Assembly (NCBI GenBank): GCA_963575745.1
Contig: CAUYUJ010000325.1
Location: forward strand, 496,001-560,000
Reading direction: 5' to 3'
Length of the DNA stretch: 64,000 bases
From: Prorocentrum cordatum
Lineage: Eukaryota
Shown: positions 25,865-37,400 of the stretch, piece by piece
Numbering within the stretch: the first letter of the stretch is position 1
How the letters are laid out: each line of letters starts with the position of its first letter
Made by a program: the position numbers and the translations under genes
Notes under the pieces: generated by a model
Seen by the model: only the letters and a program-made list of their open reading frames with translations
Told to the model about the DNA's origin: nothing
The model's database searches: none

Positions 25865-26315
25865 AATCCAAGACGCCCACCATAGCCTCCAGACGCCCCC
25901 AAAGGCTTCCCCCAAAAAAACACGCCCAAAATGGTACCAAAAAACACAATTCATTGATTTTCCCTAGGTTGTGGACGCATTTTGGGGCGTTTCCTGTCTC
26001 AGCTTCCGGACGCTCCAAGATGGCCCAAGAGGCTCCCAAGATCGCCCCAAGAGGGTCCAAGAGGACACCAAGGCAGCCCCAGAACGGCCCAAGATGGCCC
26101 AAGATGGCCCCAAGACAGCCCAAGAGGCGCCCAAGACGGCCCAAGAGAACCCAAAAACGGCCCCAAGAGGGGCCCGAGAAGGTGACCGAGGGGCCCGCCA
26201 CCCACCGCCTCCGAAAAATGGCAGCCGCCCAACCGCACCGCATTGACAACAACACCCCGACACCCGACAGCGGTGAGGCAATATTTGCCGGCGGAATGAG
26301 CGAAGCGATTCAATT
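25865..26315 (+). mobile_element. Dispersed element with an internal ~11-bp GGCCCAAGA(T/G/C) repeat and terminal hairpin
   Basis: Tandem CCCAAGA units at 26010-26170, related units at 20740-20850, and an end motif GGCGGAATGAGCGAAGCGATTCAAT. Confidence 0.6.
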
Positions 26316-27441
26316 ATACACGTGTATAGACCGGTACAGACATTCCAACTATATAATGTACAACGTATATAAAATCCAATGTATTACCCAACGCTTATCT
26401 ACAATTGACAGAACGAACGGAAACCAAAAGTCATTCAAGCAGGTGTCACTCGATCGGCCGACTGGGCTAGTGGGAGGGGAGAGACGAAGAAGAAGAGAGA
26501 GGAACAGAAAGCGCGAACGCATGAACGTCGCTGGCGGGAAAAATGCCGCCGCGCCCGCAAGAAGGAATCCAGGCATATGGCAATACCGTTGCCGATTTGC
26601 CCCCCAAAGCCGCCAAAAAAACTTACCCAACCACGTTTCGGAAAGCAGCGGGAGCAACGGGAGGGGGGTGATGGCAAGCCTTTTCTTACGAAGACTACCG
26701 CGAACGGTAACGCTAATACCTGTAGCGGCCAAAACAAGCGAACTACCACCACCAAACTGTGCTTAGTAGTAGCGTTGTAATCTCCATTGTGCGGCCCGTG
26801 GCAATTGAAATCGTAATGCAGTCCGAACAAACCTCATACATCCGAACCGAATCTAATACATTGTATCCTATGCCCACCCCAGCACACTCCTTCTCACGGG
26901 GTCGAACAGATGTAAAAGGCGAAATCTCCTTTCACCTACATCCCCTTCCTTTCCAGCGCCTTCTGATGACATCGATCTAAATCGAACGCGCTCGAATCGC
27001 TTAAAGTATATTCAAATGTGTACAAGTGGTCGCGGCAAAATCTGATACATTCGAACCCAATGTAACACAAAATGCATTTAGCAACATTACAACCACATCG
27101 AAACCATTACATAAAACTGACTTAACTCTAGCAGATTATCAACAAGTCTTACAGGATCTAACTACAATTACCCAGATCTACTGCAGTCTGATACGCTCGG
27201 GACACGGCTGGTACACCCAGACCAATCCTAACCAATCCGAATTCGTTCGAATCGAGTCAGATCATCCCTAATACGTTTTGATATGCCTGACGTTTATTTT
27301 TCATACAATCGAATGACTTCTAACAATTCTGGTCAACTCAAATTTAGCCGGATGGGACCTCAACATGGTTGGTAGAATGTCATACCTTCCGGTGCATCTT
27401 AATCAATCCTAACACATCCAGAAATCCTAGGACATTTGTCA

Positions 27442-27716
27442 GAGATTCTGGCGCGTGCAGAATGGCCCGGCGAATTCGTCGGAGATGTCCATCAGAAGGG
27501 GGGGTCCCGGAGATTCCCCAAAGATTCCTGTGGAGATCTGGCTGGGATTTCTAACCTGGGGGGCTTCGTGAGGATACCTGTGGAGATTTCGCCAGGGGGA
27601 TCTGCTGCCGGAGATCTGAAGGGACCCCAGCACTGCTACCTGGGATTCTTGGGGAGTTTCGCAAGATTCTGGGCCACAATCGTTGCGGACATCAGGTCCC
27701 CACGCCCCTGATCTAA
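27442..27716 (+). mobile_element. Paralog of the 22286-22525 element
   Basis: Shared termini and colinear internal motifs. Confidence 0.65.
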
Positions 27717-27799
27717 AGCAAGTGGAGCAGCTGGCTCCGAATTAGCGCGCGCTACTGGGCCCTCAGACGCGCTACCGCACTGGATCGACCGCACAGATC

Positions 27800-27830
<31 letters not shown>

Positions 27831-28191
27831 CGTGACATCCTAGGCCCAGGAGGGGCCTGGCCAGTATCGGTGAGGTGGTCAACTGACGTCACCCGAGGGA
27901 CTGCCATCCCACCCGTTGTCCTCTCCTTCTCTCCATTGCCGTTTCTTTTGCATGCTTCATCGATCGGTCTGTCAATGCACCACCTCGGCACGAATCTGGC
28001 ACCTTTGGGATGAACCAGCGCTTGCATTACAATGTTATCCCAGCAAAGCAACCTAACAGCGATGTGTAGGAGCATATCTGGAAGCATTCCCCTTAAGATT
28101 CAGATGAGAATCCAGTTGTAGAATTCTGCTGTTCTCGCAGTCGTAGTCGCATTCGCGATGACAGTCGCAGTGGCAACGGCAGTCGCAGTCA

Positions 28192-29728
28192 CAGCCTCAG
28201 CCTCAGCCTGCCTCAGCCTCAGCCTCAGCCTGCCTCAGCCTCAGCCTGCCTCAGCCTCAGCCTCAGCCTGCTTCAGCCCCAGCATCAGTCTGCCTTCAGC
28301 CTCGGCCTCAGCCTCAGCCTGCCTCAGCCTCAGCCTGCATCAGCCTCAGCCTCAGCCTCAGCCTGCCTCAGCATCAGCCTGCCTCAGCCTCAGCCTCAGC
28401 CTCAGCCTCAGCCTCAGCCTGCTTCAGCCTCAGCCTCAGTCTGCCTTCAGCCTCGGCCTCAGCCTCAGCCTGCCTCAGCCTCAGCCTCAGCATCAGCCTC
28501 AGCCTCAGCCTCAGCCTGCCTCAGCATCAGCCTGCCTCAGCCTCAGCCTCAGCCTGCCTCAGCCTCAGCCTCAGCCTGCTTCAGCCTCAGCCTCGGTCTG
28601 CCTTCAGCCTCGGCCTCAGCCTCAGCCTGCCTCAGCCTCAGCCTGCATCAGCCTCAGCCTCAGCCTCAGCCTGCCTCAGCATCAGCCTGCCTCAGCCTCA
28701 GCCTCAGCCTGCCTCAGCCTCAGCCTCAGCCTGCTTCAGCCTCAGCCTCAGTCTGCCTTCAGCCTCGGCCTCAGCCTCAGCCTGCCGCAGCCTCAGCCTG
28801 CATCAGCCTGCCTCAGCCTCAGCCTGCCTCAGCCTCTCAGCCTCAGCCTCAGCCTGCCTCAGCCTCAGCCTCAGCCTGCTTCAGCCTCAGCTCAGTCTGC
28901 CTTCAGCCTCGGCCTCAGCCTCAGCCTGTCCTCAGCCTCAGCCTGCATCAGCCTCAGCCTCAGCCTCCTCATCAGCCTGCCTCAGCCTCAGCCTCAGCCC
29001 TCAGCCTCAGCCTCAGCCTGCTTCAGCCTCAGCCTCAGTCTGCCTTCAGCCTCGGCCTCAGCCTCAGCCTGCCTCAGCCTCAGCCTGCATCAGCCTCAGC
29101 CTCAGCCTCAGCCTGCCTCAGCATCAGCCTGCCTCAGCCTCAGCCTCAGCCTGCCTCAGCCTCAGCCTCAGCCTGCTTCAGCCTCAGCCTCAGTCTGCCT
29201 TCAGCCTCGGCCTCAGCCTCAGCCTGCCTCAGCCTCAGCCTGCATCAGCCTCAGCCTCAGCCTCAGCCTGCCTCAGCATCAGCCTGCCTCAGCCTCAGCC
29301 TCAGCCTGCCTCAGCCTCAGCCTCAGCCTGCTTCAGCCTCAGCCTCAGTCTGCCTTCAGCCTCGGCCTCAGCCTCAGCCTGCCTCAGCCTCAGCCTGCAT
29401 CAGCCTCAGCCTCAGCCTCAGCCTGCCTCAGCATCAGCCTGCCTCAGCTCAGCCTCCTCTGCCTCAGCCTCAGCCTGCTTCAGCCTCAGCCTCAGTCTGC
29501 CTTCAGCCTCGGCCTCAGCCTCAGCCTGCCTCAGCCTCAGCCTGCATCAGCCTCAGCCTCAGCCTCAGCCTGCCTCAGCATCAGCCTGCCTCAGCCTCAG
29601 CCTCAGCCTGCCTCAGCCTGAGCCTCAGCCTGCTTCAGCCTCAGCCTCAGTCTGCCTTCAGCCTCGGCCTCAGCCTCAGCCTGCCTCAGCCTCAGCCTGC
29701 CTCAGCCTCAGCATCAACCTGCCTCAGC
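28192..29728. repeat. (CCTCAG)n satellite with ~150-bp higher-order structure
   Basis: The marker GTCTGCCTTCAGCCTCGGCCTC recurs about ten times at ~142-156-bp spacing. Confidence 0.95.
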
Positions 29729-30072
29729 ATTCAAACTGTAGCCCGGGAATGGAGTTCTTGGAACTCGAAGAACACGAAATGGCCTACAGTTGGCTCCGGG
29801 CATTCAAAATCATGCCCAGGAATGAAATTCTGGGAACTCGAAAACCACGAAGTGGCCTACGGTTGGCTCTGGGCATTCAAAATGTGGCCCGGGAATGTAG
29901 TTCTGGGAAATCGAAGAGCACGAAGAGGCCTACAGTTGGCTCCGGGCATTCAAAATGTGGTCCGGGAATGGGGTTCTGGGAACTCGAAGAGCACGAAATG
30001 GCCTACAGTTGGCTCCGGGCATTCAGAATGTGGCCCGGGAATGGAGTTCTGGGACCTCGAAGACCACGATGT
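29728..30072 (+). repeat. 73-bp tandem repeat, ~4.7 copies
   Basis: CATTCA(A/G)A at 29728, 29801, 29874, 29947 and 30020. Confidence 0.92.
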
Positions 30073-30232
30073 GCGCTACTGGTGGCAAAAACAAAAATCC
30101 TGGCATCCTCCTCCGGATCGCGCCCAGACCCCCCTGGGGCGTCATGATGCTCTCTTTTGACCCTACTAGAAGCCTATCAATCTTCGCTGTTAAGTAAAAA
30201 CATGCAAGATTTGGCTTCAGACTGCGACCGGC

Positions 30233-31987
30233 GGCCTCCCAAGTGGGGTCCAACCGGATGGGGTCGGAGGATCGCGACGCATCGCAAATGCATCTGTCTC
30301 GGCGATGCGAAGTAGATTATGGACATATGCATCTTCATCTGCATCTGCATCGTCGATGACAAATGGAGGGACACGCAATATGGATTCAAGAAACAGAGAA
30401 CGGCCATTGACGCTTTCTTCCTCGTGCAGAGGGCAGTGGAGCGAACATGGGCCATAAAGGACGGGCAACTTTGGGCCATCCTGCTTGACTGGTCGAAGGC
30501 GTTTGACCGCGTGGAGCCTGCAGCGCTAATCCTCGCTTTGTCACGCTTCGGCATTCCGGACTCCTACCTTGAGATGATTGCCAACATTTACAGCAATCGG
30601 ACTTTTGAGATATGCGACAAGTTTGGAAACTCTGGCATACGGCCGCAGCGGTCAGGCATCGCGCAGGGGTGCCCGCTAAGCCCATTCCTCTTCATCATCA
30701 TGCTCTCGGTCCTCATGACAGACGTCGAGCACGAAGTGCACAAAGAATTCGGGCCACTTCCCAATGGAAATGTCTGCTTTGATGTTGCCTACGCCGACGA
30801 CACGGCGCTGATCTCCGACGACGTCAACCGGGTGCAAGGTTTTCTGACTTGCCTCATCCGCAGAGCAAAAGCCTAGGGTCTGGAGCCTAATTGGGACAAG
30901 ACGGTGCACCTTCGAGTGAAGCACACCCAGGACGTGCTCACGACAGGAGGGGCGCCCATCAAAGTCGTGCCATCAGCTGTTTACCTGGGCAGCCTCCTGA
31001 CCGCCGACGGCTGCACAGGCACAGCCATTGCCCGGAGAATTGGCGAAGCCTGGGCAGCATTCGACAAGCTCCAGATGGTGTGGCGGCACGCCAACATCAC
31101 ACGGAAGCGGAAGCTCGCTCTCTTCGAGTCGTGCGTCATCTCCAAGCTGCGTCCAAACTCACATACTGTCTGGAGGCGTTCTGTCTCAAAAAAACTGACC
31201 AGGACAAGATCGACGCATTCCAAGCAAGATGTTTTCGTAAGATTCTCAACGTCCCACACACTATGATTTCTCACATTTCCAACGAGGAGGTCCGGAATAG
31301 AGCCAACAGTGAACGTCTGAGCCAGCGCCTTATTTTTCGACAACTGTTGCTGTACGGCCGAATTTCTGCCATGCCGAACACGGCGCTCCGAGCCAAGCTG
31401 TTCCAGACAGGAACCCTGGAAGCCGCTGGTCTGGGGGCGCGGCGCAGACAAGGCCGCCCGCGTCTGGCATGGGGCCCAGTTGTCAGGGCGCAGGCGCGTT
31501 TGATCATCGAGGGCGCTCTCGGTCCCTCCCCGCCCATTCCCCGTCCTCCCCTTCCTCTTGCCCCCGCCCCCTCCCCCGAGTCCGCGCTCCTCGGTGTTTT
31601 TCTTGGCCCAGCACGGTACAAGAAGACAGTCTGGAAGGCAATCGTCAAGCGACATATTTCTCTCACGTGAATGCTGAGACTGAAATCTTGCTTCTTCTTT
31701 TTCCGCGGTGAAGGACAGACGCCTCCTGGGCCGTCGCGCTATCACTGCAGCCGATGTGTCGTAGAGACACGGCGTTTCAGTTCAGTTCATCGGCGATGCG
31801 GCCTCATGCGGAGCCCGATCTCGGCGATGCACCGTCCATGCACTTGCGATGCAAGAACGACGTCGGCGATGCATCGGAGCCGTCGGCGTGGAGATCGGTC
31901 TAATTACGCGTCGAGCCGCATCACTGATGAATCGGCGATGCGGCGCGATCCTCCGACCCCATCTGCTCGGACCCCATCTGGGAGGCC
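30233..31987. mobile_element. MITE with 53-bp TIRs, split by a LINE insertion
   Basis: 30233-30285 and 31935-31987 are inverted repeats (47/53 identical by eye). An empty relative lies at 49655-49884. Confidence 0.8.
30340..31789 (+). mobile_element. 5'-truncated non-LTR retrotransposon (RTE-like reverse transcriptase), inactivated
   Basis: RT motifs QYGF, LLDWSKAFDRV, GIAQGCPLSPFLF, YADD and YLGS, plus an RTE-like C-terminus (KIDAFQARCFRKIL..SNEEV). TAG at 30874-30876, frameshift near 31150, and a short (TTCAG)n tail at ~31776-31789. Confidence 0.92.
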
Positions 31988-32016
31988 TAGGATCTTGGCA
32001 TTGAGACTGCGCCCTC

Positions 32017-33923
32017 AGCATCGCTTAACCGATCCATACCCCCGCTGGCGTGGCCCGGGCCCCACTGGCCGATTTACCCCACTAGATGGGGATACAGGCA
32101 GCTCCCTTCGATTTCCGAACGGCACATACCCAACTGGGATGGTGGGATGGTGGGAGAGAGCGTGATCCACCGCCGCTTTACTATGGAAAATCCCCCCCCC
32201 TTCCTCCGGAACCCGGGGGTCCCCCCCTCCGAAAAATCCCCCCCCTGCTGGACCCCCCCCCCTTCCCCCCCCCCCCCCAGCAACCCCCCCCCTTCCCCTA
32301 ACCCCCCCCCCCTCCGAAAACCGAGGGGGTCACTACTGGTTCGAACGCCCTCCCCCCCCCTCTGCGGAAAATCGTGGGGCGTCACTACCGGTTCGAACCC
32401 CTCCCCCCCCCAGAAAACCAGAGAGGGGTCACTACCAGTTCGAACCCCCCCCCTCCGGAAAACTGCAGGGTGTCACTACCGATTCGAACCCCCCCCCCTC
32501 GAAAACGTGGGGGGGTTCACTACGAGTTCGAGCCCTTTCGAAAACCGGGGGAGGTCACTACCGGTGCAAGCCCCCCCCCCTCGAAAACCGAGGGGGGTCA
32601 CTACCTGTTCGACCCCCCCCCCACGCTCACCGCCAGCACACAACTCTGGGTCCCTACCACCGTCCGCACCACATCCCCCACTGCTGTCCCCAGCAGCACT
32701 GTCCTCACCACCAGTGTCCCCACTGTTCCCACCACCGTCACCACTGTCCTCACCAGTGCCCCCACCACTGTCGCACTGTCCCCACTGTCCCCACCACTGT
32801 TCCCACCACGGTTCCACTCCCCCCACTTTCTCCACGGCCCCAACCACTGTCCCACTGTCCCCAATATCCCGCTGTCCCCGCCGCTGTCCCACTGATCTGT
32901 CCCACTGTTCCCACCACTGCCCCCACCACTGCCCCCACTGTCCCCACCACTGTCCCTACTGTACCTCTGTCCCATTGTCCTCGCCACCGCCCTCACCACT
33001 GTCGCCACTTCCACTGTACCCTCCACTGTCCCACTGTCCACTGTTTCCACCACATTCCCACTGTCCCCACACCACCGTCCCCACCACCACTGTCCCCACC
33101 GCAGTCCCACTATCCCCACTGTTCCCACCATTGTCCCCGCTGTCCCCACCAGTGCCCCCCACCAGTGTCTCACTGTCCCCACTCTCCCCACCATTGTCAC
33201 ACCACGGTCCCACTCTCCCCACTTTCCCCACGGTGCCCACCACTGTCCCACTGTCCCCACTGTTCCCACCACTGTCCCACTGTCCCCGCCGCTGTCCCAC
33301 TGTGCTGTCCCACCGTCCCCACTGTCCCCATCACTGTCCCACTGTCCCCACTGTCCCCACCACTCTCCCCACTGTACTCACCACCGCCTTCACCACTGTC
33401 CCAACCACTACCGTCCCCACCACTGTCCCACTGTCTCCATCACTGTCCCGCTGTCCCCTCACCACTGTCCCCACCACCACCGTCCCCACCACTGTCCGCA
33501 CCACTGTCCCACTGTCCCCGCACCACTGTCCCCACCACCACCACCGTTCCCACCACTGTCCCAACATCCCCACCATTCTCCAACTGTCCCGAAGAGCGGG
33601 CATCGTTTGCCGGCGGCGAGGGGGGGGGTTCGAACCGGTAGTAACCACCCCCCAATTTTCGAGGGGGGGGGGCTTGAACCGGTAGTGACCTCCCCCGGTT
33701 TTCGAGGGGGCGGTTCGAACCGGTAGTGACCTCCACCCCTTTTCATGATGGACTCGGGGGGGTTCGAACAGGTAGTGACCCCCCCCGGTTTTCGGGGGGG
33801 GGGACGGGTTATGACCCCCAGTGACCCCCCCCGGTTTTCCGCCAGCAGCGGTAGAACACGCTCTTTCGATGGTGGGGATCGGGATGGAAATTGGGATGGG
33901 GATACGGATCGGTCAAACGATGC
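32017..33923 (+). mobile_element. About 180-bp MITE (TIR GCATCGYTTRACCGATCC) interrupted by a foldback-like element
   Basis: Ends 32017-32043 and 33897-33923 are inverted. The two halves together align with the uninterrupted copy at 41773-41953. Confidence 0.75.
32154..33867. mobile_element. Foldback-like non-autonomous DNA transposon with an 8-bp TSD
   Basis: TIRs GAGAGAGCGTGATCCACCGCCGC / GCAGCGGTAGAACACGCTCTTTC (19/23). TSD GATGGTGG at 32146-32153 and 33868-33875. Inverted subterminal arrays of GGTCACTACCGGTTCGAACCCC, and a central CCACTGTCC-type satellite. Confidence 0.8.
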
Positions 33924-34489
33924 GGACACCCAGCGGCCTCCAGTACGCGCTCCCACCGCCGCCCCCGCGCCAGCGCCCCCGCAAGCGCGCCGAGGCACGG
34001 AGCGTCCGGCCGCAGCAGCCGCCTGCGCGCGCTGCCTGCGGGCGCCACCGTCGCCAGGACCTGCCACCACCGCCTCCGCCACGCCCTCAAGTGCCGCCGC
34101 CGCCGCCGCTGCTTTCGCTGTCGCTGGCGCCGTCGCCGCCGCCCTCGTCGCCGCCGTCGCCGCCACATCACCGCCGTCGACGCCGCCGCCGTCGCTGTCG
34201 CTGGCGCCCTCGCCGCCGCCCTCGCCGCCGGCCTCCCCGTCGCCAACACCGCCGCCGCCGAGGTCCTCGGGGGTGCTCTGGCCCCTGCTGGGCCTGCGCG
34301 GAGGGGCCTGCAAGGGACCCCCTTGGTTGGGTTTGGAAGCCTCCAGGAGGCCCCTGGTCGCCACCGCCGCCGCCGCCGTCGTCGTCGCTCACGTCGGCCA
34401 CCACAATCGTCGTCGACGACGATGGCAGCGACGGCGGTGATGGCGGCGTTACCCTACGGCAGGCACGGCGGGCGACACGAAGAGGCTCT

Positions 34490-37400
34490 AAAATCCTTGG
34501 TGCCTCAGTCCGCAGGACCCACCAGCTGCGTGGCGACAGTTTCGCAGATCGCAGCCCCCCAGGGACGGCGAGGACCCCAGACCCCCGCGATGCCTCACTC
34601 CGCTGGACCCACCAGCAGCCCTCGAAAGCGGCGACAGCTTTGCAGATCGCAGCCCCCCCAGGGACGGCGAGGTCTACCTCAGATCCCCGCGGTGCCACAG
34701 TCCGCAGGACCCACCAGCAGCCCTCGAAAGTGGCGACAACGTCGCAGATCGCAGCCCCCCAGGGACGGCGAGGTCTCGCTCAGATCCCCGTGGCCCCTCA
34801 GTCCGCAGGACCCACCAGCAGCCCTCGAAAGTGGCGACAGCGTCGCAGATCGCAGTCTCCAAAGGACGGCGAGGTCTCGCTCAGATCCCCGCGGTGCCTC
34901 AGTCCGCTGGACCCACCAGCAGCCCTCGAAAGTGGCGACGGGTTCGCAGATCGCAGTCCCCCAGGGACGGCGAGGTCTCGCTCAGGTCACCGCGGTGCCT
35001 CACCCCGCTGGACCCACCAGCAGCCCCTGAAAGTGACGACAGTTTCGCAGATCGCAGCCCCCCAAGGATGGCGAGGTCCGCACAAAGCAGGAGGAGACAA
35101 GAGGAGAGCGGGAGACGGGAGGCGGGAGGCGGGAGGAGAACTGGAGACCGCAGTGCTCTATTCAGAACGAATGCCCAACCAAGGAGGGTTGGGAAAAAGA
35201 CACAAAACTTACCCTGGCGACATACCCAATCCCTGCGCAATGCGGTGCATGAATAGCCTGGGAGACGTCATACGGAGGTGATGACGTGACATGAGCGCAT
35301 ATATTTCTGCGAGCGGCACTCGTGAGGCTCGCACCCCCCAAAGGATTGCGAGGTCCCGCTCAGATCTGCGTGGAGCTCCACTCCGCTGGACCCACCACCA
35401 ACCTTCAAAAAATAGCGACGGTGTCGCAGGTCGCAACCCCCAAAGGACGGCGAGGTCCCGCTCAGATCTGCGCGGTGCCTCATTCCGCTGGACCCAGGGA
35501 CGGCGAGGCCTCGCTCAGATCTGCGCGGTGCCTCACCCCGCTGGACCAACCAGCAGCTCTCGAAAGTGGTGGCAAGTTCGCATGTCGCTACGCTGCCCCC
35601 CCAAGAAGCCTTCGAAAGTGGCGACAATTTCGCAGATCGCAGCCACCCAGGGGTGACGAGGTCAAATTTGGATCTGCGGCGGCTACCCACTATAGCTGCC
35701 CCCCCAGGCAGCTCTCGAAAGTAAAGCCATAATCGCAGCCCCCCCCAGGGATGGCGAGGTCTACCCCGGACCTGCTGCGGCTACCCACTATGCTGGCCCC
35801 CCAAACAGCCCTCGAAGGTAGCGACAGCTTCGCACATTACAGCCCCTCCCAGGGATGGCGAGGTCGAATTTGGATCTGCGGCGGCTATCCACTACGCTGC
35901 CCCCCAAGCAGCTTTCGAAAGCAACGACAGTTTCGCAAATCGCAGCATCCAAGGGATGGCGAGGTCGAATTTGGATCTGCGGCGGCTACCACCCACTATG
36001 CTGCCCCCCAAGCAGCCCTCGAAAGCGGCGACAATTTTGCAAATCGCAGCCCCCCAGGGATGGCGAGGTCAAATTTGGGCATGCTGTGGCTACCCACTAT
36101 GCTGCCCCTCACAGAGGCCCTCGAAAGTGTTGTCAGTTTCGCAAATCGCAGCCCCCCAGGGATGGCGATGTCTATGTTGGGCCCGCGGCGTCTACCCACT
36201 ATGCTGCCCCCCCCAGCAGCCCTTGCGATAGTTTCGCAAATCGCAGCCCCCCCCCAGGATGACGAGGTCGACTTTGGGTCTGCTGCGGCTACCCACTATG
36301 CTGTCCCCCCCCATTAGCCCTCGAAAATGACATGATCGCAAATCGCAGCCCCCCAAGGATGACGAGGTCTAGTTTGGGTCCGCGGGGGCTACCCACTATG
36401 CCGTCCCCCCCAGCAGCCCTCGAAGGTTGCGACTGTGTCGCAAATCGCAGCACCCCAGGGATGGCGAAGTCTAATTTGAGCCCGCGGCGGCTACCCACTA
36501 TGCTGCCCCCCCCCAGCAGCCCTCGAAAGTGGCGACGGGTTTTACAAATCGCAGCACCCCAGGGATGGCGAGGTCTAATCTGGATCTGCGGCGGCTACTC
36601 ACTATGCTGCCCCCCCTAGCAGCTCACGAAAGCGGCGTCAGTTTCGCAAAATCGCAGCACCCGAGAGATGGCGAGGTCTAATCTGGGTCCGCGGTGGGCA
36701 CCCACTATGCTGCCCCCCCCCCACCAGAAGCCATCGAAAGTGGCGGCAGCTTCGCAAATCGAAGTCCCCCAAGGATGGCGAGGTGTAATGTGTGTACGCG
36801 GCGGCTCCCTCTATGGGGTCCCCCCCCCCAGCAGCCCTCGAAAGTGGCGACACCCCAGGGCCCTCGAAAGTGGCGACAGTTTCGCACATCGCAACCCCGC
36901 CAGGGATGGCGAGCTCTACTTTGGCCCCAGCAGCCCTCGAAAGTGCGAAAGTGGCGACATGTTCGCAAATCGCAGCCCCCCAGGGATGGCGAGGTCTAAT
37001 TTGGGTCCGCGGCAGCTGCCCACTATGCTGCCCCCCTCGGTAGCCCTCGAAAGTGGCGACAGTTTCGCAGATCGCAGCCCCCCCCAAGCAAGATGCACAC
37101 AGAAGCGGTACCGCAAGCAAGATGCACACACAAAAGGTACGCGCAAAGCATGAGGCGGGAGGCGGGAGAAGGAGAAGACGCGACCGCAGTGCTCTATTCA
37201 AACCGAATACCCAACCTAGGAGGGTTGGGACAAAAACATTCGCAAAGGGCAAACGGATGCAGGAGGGATGCGGGAAGGAGGAGGAAGGACGCGCGAGCAG
37301 TGCTCCATATTCACAACGGGTACCGAACCTGAAGCGGGTTGGGAAACTTACCCTGGCGACGTACCCAACCCCTGCGCAATGCGGTGCATGAATAGCTTGG

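Noticed and set aside
28192..29728. Telomeric repeat
   Set aside because: (CCTCAG)n does not match the TTTAGGG-type telomere and is internal.
35205..35340. U1 snRNA (ACTTACCCTGGC resembles ACTTACCTGGC)
   Set aside because: There is an extra C, no U1 stem-loops or Sm site are recognisable, and the motif is the 5' end of a repeat element.
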